Origin: the human T2T-CHM13v2.0 reference genome, Homo sapiens
Length of the DNA stretch: 64,000 nucleotides
Assembly: GCF_009914755.1 (NCBI RefSeq)
Contig: NC_060934.1
Reading direction: 5' to 3' (one strand)
Part shown: piece by piece, positions 41,093 through 56,754 of the stretch
How positions within the stretch are numbered: position 1 is the first letter of the stretch
Layout: every line of letters begins with the position of its first letter
The notes under the pieces: generated by a model
Told to the model about the DNA's origin: nothing
What the model saw: only the letters and a program-made list of their open reading frames with translations
Database searches by the model: none
Position numbers and translations under genes: made by a program

Positions 41093-44000
41093 CTACTCAT
41101 TTATGTGCTTTAGTTCACGTGTCTGTTTACTAAAGACTTTAAAAAGATTTTAAAATAATCTTTCCAGAGAGAGAAAATAAGTGAGGAAATAAGAACTTGG
41201 CCAAGTGTTCAGTGTACTGGGTCTCCCTTCTATGTAGCACATTCCCTTTCTCTGACTACGGGTGGATTTCTGATCCACTTGGAGGTGAAAGCTGTTGTGG
41301 AAATTGTGCATATACTGAGCTATTTCTAAAAATAATTATGTTATCTTCCTTGGTTTTGTTTCTGTCACTCTTTTCCCTTCCAACTTCATTTCACTTATTT
41401 TCTTGCTCTTTTTAAGAAAAAGGGGGAAAATCATATTGTATTCATTTGCATTTCTTCCCACAATGGGGGAAAATACCAATGGCCAGGAGCTTGTGAGTGC
41501 ATTTTTGTCTTGTTGCCATCCTTTTCTTCCATGAGAGACTGTGGCTGGAAGTTGGCCATGGTTTATGTAGTCCACCAACCAAAGCAAAACATAATACCTT
41601 TTACCAACTTTCAAGCTCTTCTGGATGCAGGAAGGGTTTGTAAGCTATGAAAAGTTGAGTGAGCACTCTCAGCTGCTTTTGGGAAACACAAAGATCATCT
41701 GGATGGTCATTTAGGACCACAGTCACTCTGCCCCTGGCCTGGAGGGAAGCTGGATGGGAGGGAGCCCTGAGTTTCATTGCTGGAAAGAGATGGAAACTGA
41801 GAGGAGACCTAACAAAGACTCCTGCTCATCAGGTGGATAGCAGCCTTCTTCATTATGCCAAGCTGAGAAGCTGTCTGGTCTTGGCTTCTTCATTTATACT
41901 AGCTCCTGGCTACCTTCCTCTTCTTTTGTCTTTCTCATCCACCAGACCTCTTACTGTTTGTGAACTGAAGCTTTTTAATTTTGTAACTCAGAGCCCTCCA
42001 ACCCAGAGCCATTTCCACCAGTGCACACTGGCACTTTACACCCACTCAGTGGAATGGAGAACTTGGCATCTACCCTGCTGTTTGATAAAAATGATCAGGT
42101 TGGTTCACGGTGATTACTCACAGATGCTTGATTCACGGTGATATGAACAATTTTTAATTTCAAACTAAGCTGTCTGAAAACCAAATTAAAGACTTTTCGT
42201 TTCTTTTTTAATGCTTACCATTAATATTTTTAAAGGAGAAAATGAAAAAAAAAAGTTTTAACATCTCCAACAGTGTGTTCCATGAGTTTCCTGGTGGGAG
42301 GTGATAAAGGCATTTTTTTAACTGACTAAAAATGGTTAGCCACAACACCATGAAAATATCTCAGAATGTTTTAAAATGAAAAAATTCTGTGACATGGAAA
42401 TAGCAATTTAGAGGGGGCCCAGGGGTTGATGGAAGCTTTGAATGGCTGATTTGATTCTTCTCTAAACCTCATGATTTCCACACCAATTTCCATCTACTTC
42501 AAAAAAGCAAGCCTCCTGAGATACAGAGCTGGGGGGCGGGGGGAAATAGGGGGACCATTTGTTATTTTGGACACAGATGATTCCAACTGAGGGAGGACAT
42601 TAAAATGTTTCAAGAAACACAGCCTTTGAAATACAGCAAGAGGTTCACATCTATAACAGACTCTTCCGTAATGTCAACCCCCTCCACCCAGTGCAGAACC
42701 CTTTTGTGACTCTGCAAGCTTCAGAGCTCACTCCCTAGGCACCTTTGAAGCAGTGGAATTTAGCTAGAGCCTGTACCGATGCTTAACAACTCTTGCGCCA
42801 CACACAGATCTAAGCATAAAATTATGGTAGACAACATCATTCTCAAAACTTCTGCCACGTTAAACTTTTCTGTTGAAAAGTGGGCAGAAGTCCGCTCCTT
42901 GGCTGTGTATTTCCAGAGGGAGGAGAAATGAACACCCTTAAGAGGAGGATTTCAGTTGATCTGACTGGAAAACAAACAAAAAACTTTAACCAAATTTACG
43001 TGTCCAAAATAGAGGCATGATGAAGGCAATTTAGGATGATTTGCCTTTACTTCAAACAATACTGAATGAAAATGTGACTCCCATCATTCTGGTTGTTAAT
43101 TTTTTATTGTCATGCAGATTTTCCACGACAATTTTTCTGCTACCCTCACCTGCCTCCTCCATGTTATTCTGGCAGTTCTAGGCTTTTGATGCCCATGAAC
43201 AAGGCTACTCAAGGGCTATCCCTCGAACATCTTTCTAGATAATTAGTTATTCTGGGGATTCCTTATTTTTTATGGATTCAAGCTCCCTCTTAGGGAGAGC
43301 TGCTTGGGGTTTGTATCCTTGTTTTAGAGGAGATCGAGGGTTTATAGGGGTGAGAGAGGGAGTAGGGGAGGAAAAGATGTAACAGGATGCTGCTGTTCAT
43401 TTCATACAGGTTTAATGTTTGTCCCACCCTGGGTGAATGAAAAAGATCAATGGGTGGGGATATGTAAACATACAACTTAGCAGTGCCATATTATGCTGGG
43501 GTTATTTGAATTTAACTGAAACAATGTGTAAGGAGCCAGAACATATCAGAGACCAGGTCAAACCATAGTTAGTTCTCTTCCTTTATCTTCTGGCTCTGTT
43601 AGCTTGGGAGAGAAATCTAGTTCCAAATGAACAGAATGGTCTACAAGAGACCTGCTGGAAATATATGTGTCTGCTAAGGGAATTGAGATGGATTTTTAAC
43701 TCAAATATAGTTCTCTGCTTCAGGCAGTCTTCAAAAGGTATAGGAAACTACCAGCTCTGTTTCACTAGCCCTTCGGTTTACTTGATCTTTCTCATTGGTT
43801 TTGAACAAAATACGCTCATCTTTGCATGAGCTCTTATTGTGCCTTTCTGAGATAATTAATGAAAGGGGGTTGTTTTTGGTCTTTTGGGTTGTATTTTCAC
43901 CCCAACCTCAATCAGTCTCTGACGTTATCCAAATAAACATCTTGTTATATCATGTTCCAGGTATCAGGGCTTTTACCATGTGGGCTTTGAATCAGCTTGA

Positions 44001-44215
44001 CTTGACCCTGGTGGTTTGCCTTCAAATCCAACAGTGGGGCTGAGTGTTTTGCACTGTGGCACAATAACCATTATGCCACGTTCTTAGGCTACTGACACTT
44101 TGCTGTTGGTAACTCCATGCAGTCTCCAAATAGCAAATCTCCTAAATCATTCAACTCCTCATAAAAGAGACAAAAGCTACAGATACTGTCATTCCCACTT
44201 TTCAGGAGAGTGAGG

Positions 44216-44478
44216 TATATATATACACACACATATATATATGTATGTGTGTATATATATGTGTGTGTATATATGTATTACATATATACATATATATTAC
44301 ATAGATAGATTGATTGATTCATGCGTGCATAGGGTCCCAGCTACTTGGGAGGCTGAGGCGGTAGAATCGCTTGAGGCTGGAATGTCAAGGATGTTGGGAG
44401 CCATGATCATGCCACTGCACTCCAGCGTGGGTGACAGAATGAGACCCTGTCTCAAAAAGAAAACAATAAAAAAAAGAA
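44216..44478 (+). mobile_element. (TA/TG)n tract followed by an AluJ right arm
   Basis: gtcccagctacttgggaggctgagg...gagaccctgtctc. Confidence 0.85.
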
Positions 44479-44589
44479 ATTCTGAGGATAGACCACATTA
44501 GCATACATTTCGTTGGTTTGTTTCTATTCTTCTTTAGTATTTTACTGAGATGATTCTTTAATGATGTCTGGATGTCCAGATTCTTGTCT

Positions 44590-44710
44590 TTTATTTTGCC
44601 ACTAATCTGCTGTGAGACTCTTGAATTTCTGGGATCACTCAACTTGTCTCTGTGCTTCTATTTTCTCATCAGCCAAATAAAGGGACTGAACAAGATGTTC
44701 TCTGGAAGCC
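44590..44710 (+). mobile_element. MIR fragment
   Basis: tgccactaatctgctgtgagac...ttctcatcagccaaataaagggactgaac. Confidence 0.6.
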
Positions 44711-45559
44711 TTGCCTGAGCACATCCTTCAAGGTTCTCTGACATCCAGTTTTCAGACTATGATCTTTGTATAAGAGGAGGAGGGGGATGTGGATAAGATG
44801 ATGACAGTATTTTTTTTTTCCCAAAACTTTGATTAAACGAAATTGGCTGAGTAGGAAACTTATATCTATCTACTCTTGTCTCCATATATAATGGCATAAG
44901 TTGCTAACTATATGCAAGGAAGCATTCTTGGGAAAATGTGAAAAATGTAAATGTGGTAAGAACTCTTTTATAATGTGTACATATGATCTCTATAAAGTTG
45001 GTGATCTCTGTTCTCTTGCAGTCAGAAATCATATAGAAAAAGAAATCAATGAGAAGCTAGGAGGGCTGTATTAGTGCCCTTGAAGGGTAAAATGGCAAAA
45101 TGAAAGTTGTCTTATAACAGGAATGTCATTATCTGATTCAGTGTGACGAGTTGGTGCCTGGACTCAGATTAGTGTCATTGTAGAGCTCTGATTTTATGAC
45201 AGTTTGTTAAATGCTGGTGCAGTGGTGAACTCAATTTGTGCTAATTGGTCTTCATGCTGAAAAGAAGTTTATTACCCTTTTAAAAAGTTAGCAGTCAAAA
45301 CCAATAACCAGATTAAATGCCATCTTCCCAGTTCTTGGTTTTCTACAAGAATGGAAATGGGTATGGATATACCATTGCTGTGGAATAGAATGGCTGCCAT
45401 TTTGCTATTTAAGGCCAGTAAAATAAATGCTGGTCTTGTTCACCTTGGTCTCCATGCAGAAAATGGCCTGACACAGCTCATCACCCAGGGGCTACTGTGC
45501 CAAGACAGTCTGATACATCTATTCTCCACCTCTCCCAAGTGGTCTTTTAAATAACTACA

Positions 45560-46115
45560 TGGGATCATATGGATTCTCTGCTTCAAATCCTTCAGTGGGT
45601 TCCCTTTGGGTTTGTAAGCAAATCCAACCTCCATGAGATGGCTGGAATAGCCCTGTGTCTGTTCACTGTTGTGTCCCTGGTGCTGGGAACAGCATGAGGC
45701 ATGGAGTAGGTGCCCAGTGAATGCTTGTTGAATGAATAAAGATCCTGCAAGGTCTTGTCCCTGTTCTTTCCTACCTCTTCACTCTGCTCCAGCCACACTG
45801 ACCTTCTTCCAGTTAGAGAAACAGACCACGCTCCTGTTCTGCTGAAGAGCTTCATCATGCCGCTAATTTCCTTCTTCTTGTCTAGTTAACTTCTGCTTTC
45901 TTTCAGATGACTCATAATTCCCTCAACAGTTTTCCATGATGCTCTGATCTTACTTGGTCCCTTTTATTATGCATTCTTACAGTACCAAATTCTTCTCTTT
46001 CAGATAATTATCCAATTCTGATTGACACAATTATTTTGTGAATATTAGTTTATAGTTTCTTCCATTACGCTAGGCTATTAAGTTCCATAAGGGCAGAGAT
46101 TGTGTCTGCTTCATT
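45560..46115 (+). mobile_element. L2 fragments
   Basis: ggcatggagtaggtgcccagtgaatgcttgttgaatgaat; cactctgctccagccacactg. Confidence 0.7.
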
Positions 46116-46127
46116 TAAAACTATATG

Positions 46128-46542
46128 CTCAAGACATGCAATCAACCTAAATGTTCATCAGTGGAAGACTGGATAAATGAAACCTGGTACATATACACCA
46201 TCGAATTCTATGCAGCCATGAAAAAGAACAAGAACATGTCCTTTGCACAAACATGGATGGAGCTGGAGGCCATTATTCTTAGCAAACTAATGCAGGAACA
46301 GAAAACCAAAGACAGCATGTTCTCACTCACAAGTGGGAGCTAAATGATGAGAACACATGGACACAGACACTGGGGCCTGCCTGAAGTGGGAGGAGGGAGA
46401 GGATCAGAAAAAGTAACTAATGGGTACTAGGCTTAGTACCTGGGTGATGAAATAATCTGTACCACAAACCCCTGTGACAAGAGTTTACCTATATAAAAAA
46501 CCTGCACATTTACCCCTGAACCTAAAAGTTAAAAAAAAAAAA
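46128..46542 (+). mobile_element. 5'-truncated old L1PA 3' end
   Basis: catggatggagctggaggccattat...gtgggagctaaatgatgagaacacatggacac...poly(A). Confidence 0.9.
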
Positions 46543-46623
46543 GTGTATGGATGTTTCATAATCAGTGCAGTATAGACATGTAATAAGCACCCAATAAGTA
46601 TTTATTTTAAAAATATTTTAGAG

Positions 46624-46984
<361 letters not shown>

Positions 46985-47555
46985 TTAAAAACTTAATTCT
47001 AAATATTTCATATATATACACATTGATGATTATCACAATGATGATTGTCACACTGATGCTTTTTTAAAAAGGGTATACAGTAAAAATAAGTCTTCATTTT
47101 CTATCCCCAGATGCAACCTCTGTTACATTGCTTAGATCTCATTCTTGGGATAATCTGTGAATATATAAGCATATATTTCACATATGTTCAACAAATAGTC
47201 TTTTGATGAATTAATTCATGAATCACTCTTATTACAAACCCATTGTGACAGTTTTTCATGGGGGCAATTAGATGAGAGCTTCTCATTCTGTTCATAAAAC
47301 TGTGTTGAGTAAGCCTTACCTAGGCAACAACAACAAAAAACCCATAATTTAGCCAGCTCAGGAAAAATAAAACACAAAAACAAACCTTTTCATATTGAAT
47401 CTTTTTGTCTTTGTTTATAGCTCTGGATCAGAAAATCAACAATGATTATAGAATGTCACCCAACTCCTACAAAGAAAGGAGAATTCTTTAATGAGGTAAC
47501 CAAAAAGATTTTCTTTCCACAGAAGAGATAATTCTGTTCTTAGACTTTATTTTAG

Positions 47556-47909
<354 letters not shown>

Positions 47910-48157
47910 TAAATGGGGAGCCGGAAACACAAGGCTGGGGTAGAGAATGTCCCCAAGGCACTCCGGGGGATTCACTGCCCAGGCTGATTTGCCTCATCCA
48001 AGGCAGTTGGTCACACATAGTTCTGCGCCTGCCAACAACGGAATGCAGAGCCAGACAGCCCTGGTTTGCTCTGGCTTCCCTGTTCTGAGTACAGTGGCAA
48101 CCACTGCAGGCAACGTTTCATGTTGCAGCGTCTGCTCTGAGCTTCGTTCTGGGCGCC

Positions 48158-48610
48158 TGTGTTTGTTTACTAAGTGCACTATATCCAAGTACCACCAATG
48201 TCGTGGTGGCTTAAACTAGCAGAAATGTGTTCTCTTACATTTCTGGAGGTGAGAAGTCCAAAAATCAAGGTGTCAGGAAGACCACGATCCCTCTGAAGTC
48301 TCACGGGAAGGACCCTTCCATGCCCCTTTCAGCTTCTCCTGTTTCTGGCTGTCCTAGGCTCTCTTGGCTTATTACTGTATCCCTCCAATCTCTGCCTGTT
48401 TCATCAAGTGGTCTCTTCCCTGCATGTCCCTGTGTTGGCACACAGCCTTCTCATAAGGACACTGTCATTGGATTTAGAGCTCACCCTAATCCAGAATAAC
48501 CTCATTTGAACATGGCTGACTGTATCTGCAAAGACTATTTCTAAATAAGGTCACATTCTGAGAGTTCCGGTGGACATGAATCTTTGAGACACACTCTTCA
48601 ACCCAGAACA
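48158..48610 (-). mobile_element. MLT1C/D-like LTR
   Basis: gtggcttaaactagcagaaatgtgttctcttacatttctggaggt...ctaaataaggtcacattctgag. Confidence 0.8.
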
Positions 48611-48716
48611 GTGTCCAAGGCAGGCAAGTGTGACCAACTCTCTGCGGGGTCTTCCCAGCCAGCAGGGACACCAGTATCTTTTACACACCTGAGGTTTAAA
48701 TAACTACTTTCTCATA

Positions 48717-49578
<862 letters not shown>

Positions 49579-50504
49579 TCATGTCTTTATGGCCTTTCAT
49601 TCAAATCCTTCCAGTTACTGATCCTAACCGGCAACAGCAAAGCTCCACGTCACACTGGAGCTGCTAAATGGTTTGATGATCTGCATCTCAGACCCAGCCT
49701 TCCTTAATGAAAATACTGGTTTCACAGCTGCATTGTGCACGGCGAGTTAAAAAGTGGCTCTTTGTTAAAATCCTGATTGCACAATGACAAATACAGCAGC
49801 CCACACAAACAGTGAGATTGTCCACCTGGTGTGGCAGGGCTATTTTGGGTGGCGCTCTGGGGGAGTTATGAATGGACTGTGCTTCTTTCCCTGCTTTCAG
49901 CTATTAGTGAGTGGAAGCGCTTTCTTCCTAGGGCAGGAAGGAGTCAGTTTTGCTGACAACATCTGTACACTGGAAATGGCAGCATCAGAATGTGCTGGGC
50001 AGTAGATGTATACAGAAGACTGTGTCTCCAGAGACAGATAAAGTTGGTCCTTTGAATGCAGACACTGGGAGGCTTCCTGGGGTGGACGTTGGGGGACAGC
50101 ACAATTCTTGACCCCAGGGAGCTGTGTGTATGTCAGCTATGTAACTGAAGTCTTGTTGATTCTAAGGAGGGTCTGACACAAACCATAAGTAACTGGAGAT
50201 GAGCAATTCTAATTACAAGTCTTTTCTGATAATGCTATATTTGTATCCAACCCTGATTGCTTAATTCACTCCCAATTCCTGGGTCTGAAAACATAGAGAT
50301 ATTGGCTGACTCCTATATCCCATCACAGGACATGGTCTCTCCATTTATAGAGGGAGTATAAATGCTTAGGGAAAAATGTCAGTAGGGCATTAGAAATTTC
50401 CAGTGGAAACGGAACATGCATGCAATAATGTTTGAATGTCCAAGGTTTCAGGTACTCACTAGCTGTGAGACCAGGATGGATGAGATGCGGTCTCTCCTCT
50501 CTGG

Positions 50505-50857
50505 TTTTCCTTTTCCTTTTCCTTTTTCTTTACCTTTTTCCTTTCTTTTCCTTTCCTTTCTCCTTTCCTTTTTCCTTTCCTTGATAGAGTCTCACCATGT
50601 CACCCAGGCTGGAGTGCGGTGGCAAGTTCACAGCTCACTGCAATTCTCATCTCCAGGCTCAGGTGATTCTCCCACCTCAGCTTCCCGAGTAGCTGGGACC
50701 ACAGGCCTGTGCCACCACATCTGGCTAAAAAATTTTTTTTGTAGGGACAGCGTTTCATTATGTTGCACGCTGGTCTCTAACTCCTGAGTTCAAGCGATCC
50801 TCCCACCGTGGTCTCCCAAAGTGCTAGGATTACAGATGTGAGCCACCTCACCCAGCC
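50505..50857 (-). mobile_element. AluJ with a (TTTCC)n tail
   Basis: cacagctcactgc...tcccacctcagc...gggaccacagg. Confidence 0.92.
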
Positions 50858-51339
50858 CTCAGTCTCTGATTGAATGACTAAAAAACAAAGTCTCCAGGTG
50901 GTCTGATGATGCTAGCCCAAACCTGCCTCAAAACGAAACCCAAAGCCACTCTCTATCTATTTCAGGAAGCGCTGCTCTTTGGGTGGGTCATATGAGGGAA
51001 TCCCCTTTGGAGTAAAATAGTTCACTGATAGGACAGTGTTGGAAGTGAATTTCTGGATGAGACGGGGAAAGGGCAAAGTTATTCTCAGAAGTGAGGCTTA
51101 TCCGCTTTGGTCAATCCATCACTGAACCATCAGAGAGATGCTGTCGCCTGACCAAGCATGAGGAACAGAGACAGCAGAAACCAAAGGTTTCTGTCATTTA
51201 TAGAAATGGGGTAAAGCTGTCATCATGCAGTAACTTGAATGTGTTAATAAAATGAACACTTAAGGAGCTCAAAAGCAGAAACTTCCTTCATCGGAAGGAA
51301 AATTGCTGCCTTTTGGATAGGCCAAGGGAGTCTTGATTG

Positions 51340-51570
51340 ACAGCAGAGTGTGATGTGGGATTAAGGAAAGGACATTAGCTCTACAGTCAAATGCATGTTC
51401 TTTTCCATCCTTCCTCTGCCACTTGCCAGCTGTGGGCTCTTGCGGGAAGTTCCTTAATTTCTCTGAGGTCAAATTTCCCACAAGATGAGGATATCCATTG
51501 AGTGAGAATGAAAGGAAACAAAGTGCCTGATACATGAACAGGCTGCAATCAATGAGTGCTATTATTAGTA
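51340..51570 (+). mobile_element. MIR
   Basis: ctctgccacttgccagctgtgggctcttgcgggaagttccttaatttctctgag. Confidence 0.75.
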
Positions 51571-52379
51571 AAAGAAAATAGATTAAGAGGGAAATTTAAC
51601 AGTGGCCAATCACCAAATTCTATTGTGTACAAAATAAGCATATGGTAAGAAAGAGGTAATACACAAAATGTTTATGCAGTCTTAACAGAAACATGATGTT
51701 AGAGCCCAGGAGTCTCCCAAAGCTGTTGTTGATGGGAAGATCAATTATAAAAATAAGGACACACCATATATGGTAGGATCACATGATACTATAAATGGAG
51801 AGATACACACAGGAATGATTAATGTCTAATTTTAGGTCACAAAATGTCCAGAGAACAGAGACTTTTCACTTTACTTGCCAATTCTGCTGCTTCTAAACAT
51901 CTGAATTGACTCACATTGACAAGGCCAGTTTGGATTTTGGCTTTGACATGAACCCTTCTTCTGGGTTCATACAGGTAAATTGGGGTGCCAGCCCTTTCTG
52001 GTTTTGTTACTGAAGAAATTGATGGTTGTTTGAGGAAGGCTAAATGGTCAAGTATGAAACAATTGTGTAATTATAAGGAAAACCAAACATCCAGGTAAAG
52101 GTTTGAACTCTTAACAGGGTTGCATAAATTCTCACCTGTAATAATATCCATACATTTTTTTTCCCTTAGGAGAATTCAGCTTTGATAAAGTAGCCCAGAA
52201 TGATGAGGTATAAAAGGGATGTCTAGGACTTTTTCCCTTCCCTCTACCTTAATATTAGCTTTATATCATCCAAATCACAAGTATCCAATTTGTAGTCTAT
52301 TCAATTAAATAATTATTGAGCCCCTATTGTATACAAGGCACCATTCTGGGTGCTGGGGATGTAACAGTTGATAGAATAA

Positions 52380-53232
<853 letters not shown>

Positions 53233-53284
53233 TTTCCTGGAGGAACCTCTACTTCGCTGGGGGTGGAAGGCAGGTGACGGACAA

Positions 53285-53760
53285 AATAAATTGCAAATTT
53301 AAAGCAGGGTAATCAGGGGAGGCTCTGTTGAGAAAGTGACTGTTTAACCAGGATTTGAAGTAGATGAAGGAGTTACAGGTATACATTTGGCAGAACATTC
53401 TAGAAAAGGATCACCTGCACAAAAGTCTTGAAGGGGGAAGAACCTGGAGGAGTAGGGGGACCCTAGACCCTGGTAACCTAGGCTTTCACTCTGAGTGAAA
53501 GACACAAGGGGACTTCACTGGAAGACAGTGGGCAGAAGAGCGTCCTGATGTGATGTCAGCACATAAAAATTTGCTCTGTTGCATGGAGATCTCAGTGCAA
53601 GAGCAAAAGCAGGAGCCCCACCAGAGGATACCAGAGTGGAGCAGGCAAGAAGGCAGGGTGACCTGGGCCAGTGTGGAAGAAGATGGTGCAAAGTCTTCAG
53701 TTCATGTTATGTTTTGCAGGTAGAGACTAGAGGATTTTCTAACATAGTACTTGTGGGATA
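53285..53760 (-). mobile_element. L2 fragment
   Basis: ggtaatcaggggaggctct..tgagaaagtgac; ggctttcactctgagtga. Confidence 0.65.
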
Positions 53761-54600
53761 TTATGACTACGAAGCTTTATTAGAAACTGAACTATTAGTG
53801 ACTTAACTTTGCAATCTGAGGCAACAAACAAGTGTTGTGTGCAGAGTCTGTAGAAGGAGGTAAAAGTACAGGATAAAAAACATGGACGGGGCAACTTGTG
53901 TTTTCAGTGAATATGGACACAATGATTGGGACAACCCAGTTCTCTGCAGTCACAGGATTTTCTCTTCTACATTTAAGTTTATCAAAGTGAAGATTCACTT
54001 CTGCAGAGTGGTGTACAAGTCACTTCTATTCCAAAGGGTGAACCTGATGTGACTGGGGGCCTGTCGCTTTGTCCCACAGAGTATTTCCTAACGTGGCTTC
54101 CACAGATTATAAGGGCGGTACAAAGCTTAGAGAAGTGGTTCTGTGGCCAAATGGCCCATCCACTTTTTCTACTTGCTCCTACCTTAATTGAAAAAAAAAA
54201 AAAAAAGGCTCCTAATAAACATTATATCACCTCCAGCAAATAAAGAGAAACACTTCTCTCCTAGATCTGAGAACCATTATACAGTTTATTCTCAAATAAC
54301 CTGCCTTACCTATCCCACAAGGCTCTTGCACAAACCATGTGATTATGTGTATGAAAGTATTTTGCATAACATCTCTAAGCTACCTAGCCACGTGGGCAAG
54401 GACAGTGTTTTACATAAAGGGGAGAAACCCTGTGGAAGAAGTTTCGAATGAGGAATAAAAAAATATGCACGGCTTCCCATGTGGGCTCTTAGCACTTGGA
54501 AGACCAGACTGCAAGGCATCAAAGGCGGGGTGGGGGGGCCAGCTAATTTCATCATTGGGCTAAAAAGGTTAGGTTATCTTTGTGAAAAGGCCACCTTTCA

Positions 54601-54940
<340 letters not shown>

Positions 54941-55099
54941 TCAAGTAACTAAAAACTGTAGGAAAAGACGTGAAATCCATTTTGGTAACAAAAAGAGAAA
55001 AAACCCTCCTGACATTTTATATTATGCCTTGAGCTTAAATATATATTTCCTGGATTGCATAATATACCATGACATACCAATTTGATTTTGAAAAATACA

Positions 55100-56260
<1,161 letters not shown>

Positions 56261-56376
56261 TCCACAACAGCAAAGGCCTTGTTCTCCCTCGTGCAATCTC
56301 AAAAGCTCAAAAGTCAATTAAAAAAATTCAGGCAGAGGCATACATGGCACCTATAAAAATGATATCAACTCTATCC

Positions 56377-56754
56377 CTAAACAGGGGATGGGACCTGGGG
56401 AAGCCACTTCCCACATTTAAATGTTCTATCAGGAATTTGTCTAGAAGCCAGAAGTTTAGACCTTGCTCTGTGGCCTCTCTGATTGAAATGCGAAGTCTGT
56501 TTCCTAAGTAACTCAGAACTTGTTGTTTGATTTTGATTTTTGACTTTTTTATATGCCCCAGTGGGTCCTGGTCTTGGGAGCTCAACTGGGAAGCCGAAAG
56601 GATACAGCAGAGATTTTATATGCCCCAGTGGGTCCTGGTCTTGGGAGCTCAACTGGGAAGCCGAAAGGACACAGCAGAGAAGGGCAGGCCCCCTCTCCCA
56701 GGCCATTTGACTCTCCCAGGCCATTTGAAAAGACGGTGCATCTTCACATACCAT
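56377..56754 (-). CDS. Orphan 125-aa ORF (possible lncRNA-encoded or de novo protein); no recognised family
   Basis: True ATG in strong Kozak context (aaaATGG); minus-strand acceptor ctttccttcttttcaacAG at 56844-56843; minus-strand AATAAA at 55986-55981; no repeat recognised in the ORF. No homology or expression evidence available. Confidence 0.35.
   Translation of the reverse strand: MVCEDAPSFQMAWESQMAWERGPALLCCVLSASQLSSQDQDPLGHIKSLLYPFGFPVELPRPGPTGAYKKVKNQNQTTSSELLRKQTSHFNQRGHRARSKLLASRQIPDRTFKCGKWLPQVPSPV
56547..56680. repeat. 67-bp tandem duplication, 1 mismatch
   Basis: 56547-56613 and 56614-56680: ttttatatgccccagtgggtcc...gaaagga(t/c)acagcagaga. Confidence 0.98.
56693..56728. repeat. 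Perfect 18-bp tandem duplication
   Basis: ctctcccaggccatttga x2. Confidence 0.98.

Noticed and set aside
41659-42141. 160-aa plus-strand ORF in non-repeat DNA
   Set aside because: Starts at GTG, has no recognisable domain and no exon context
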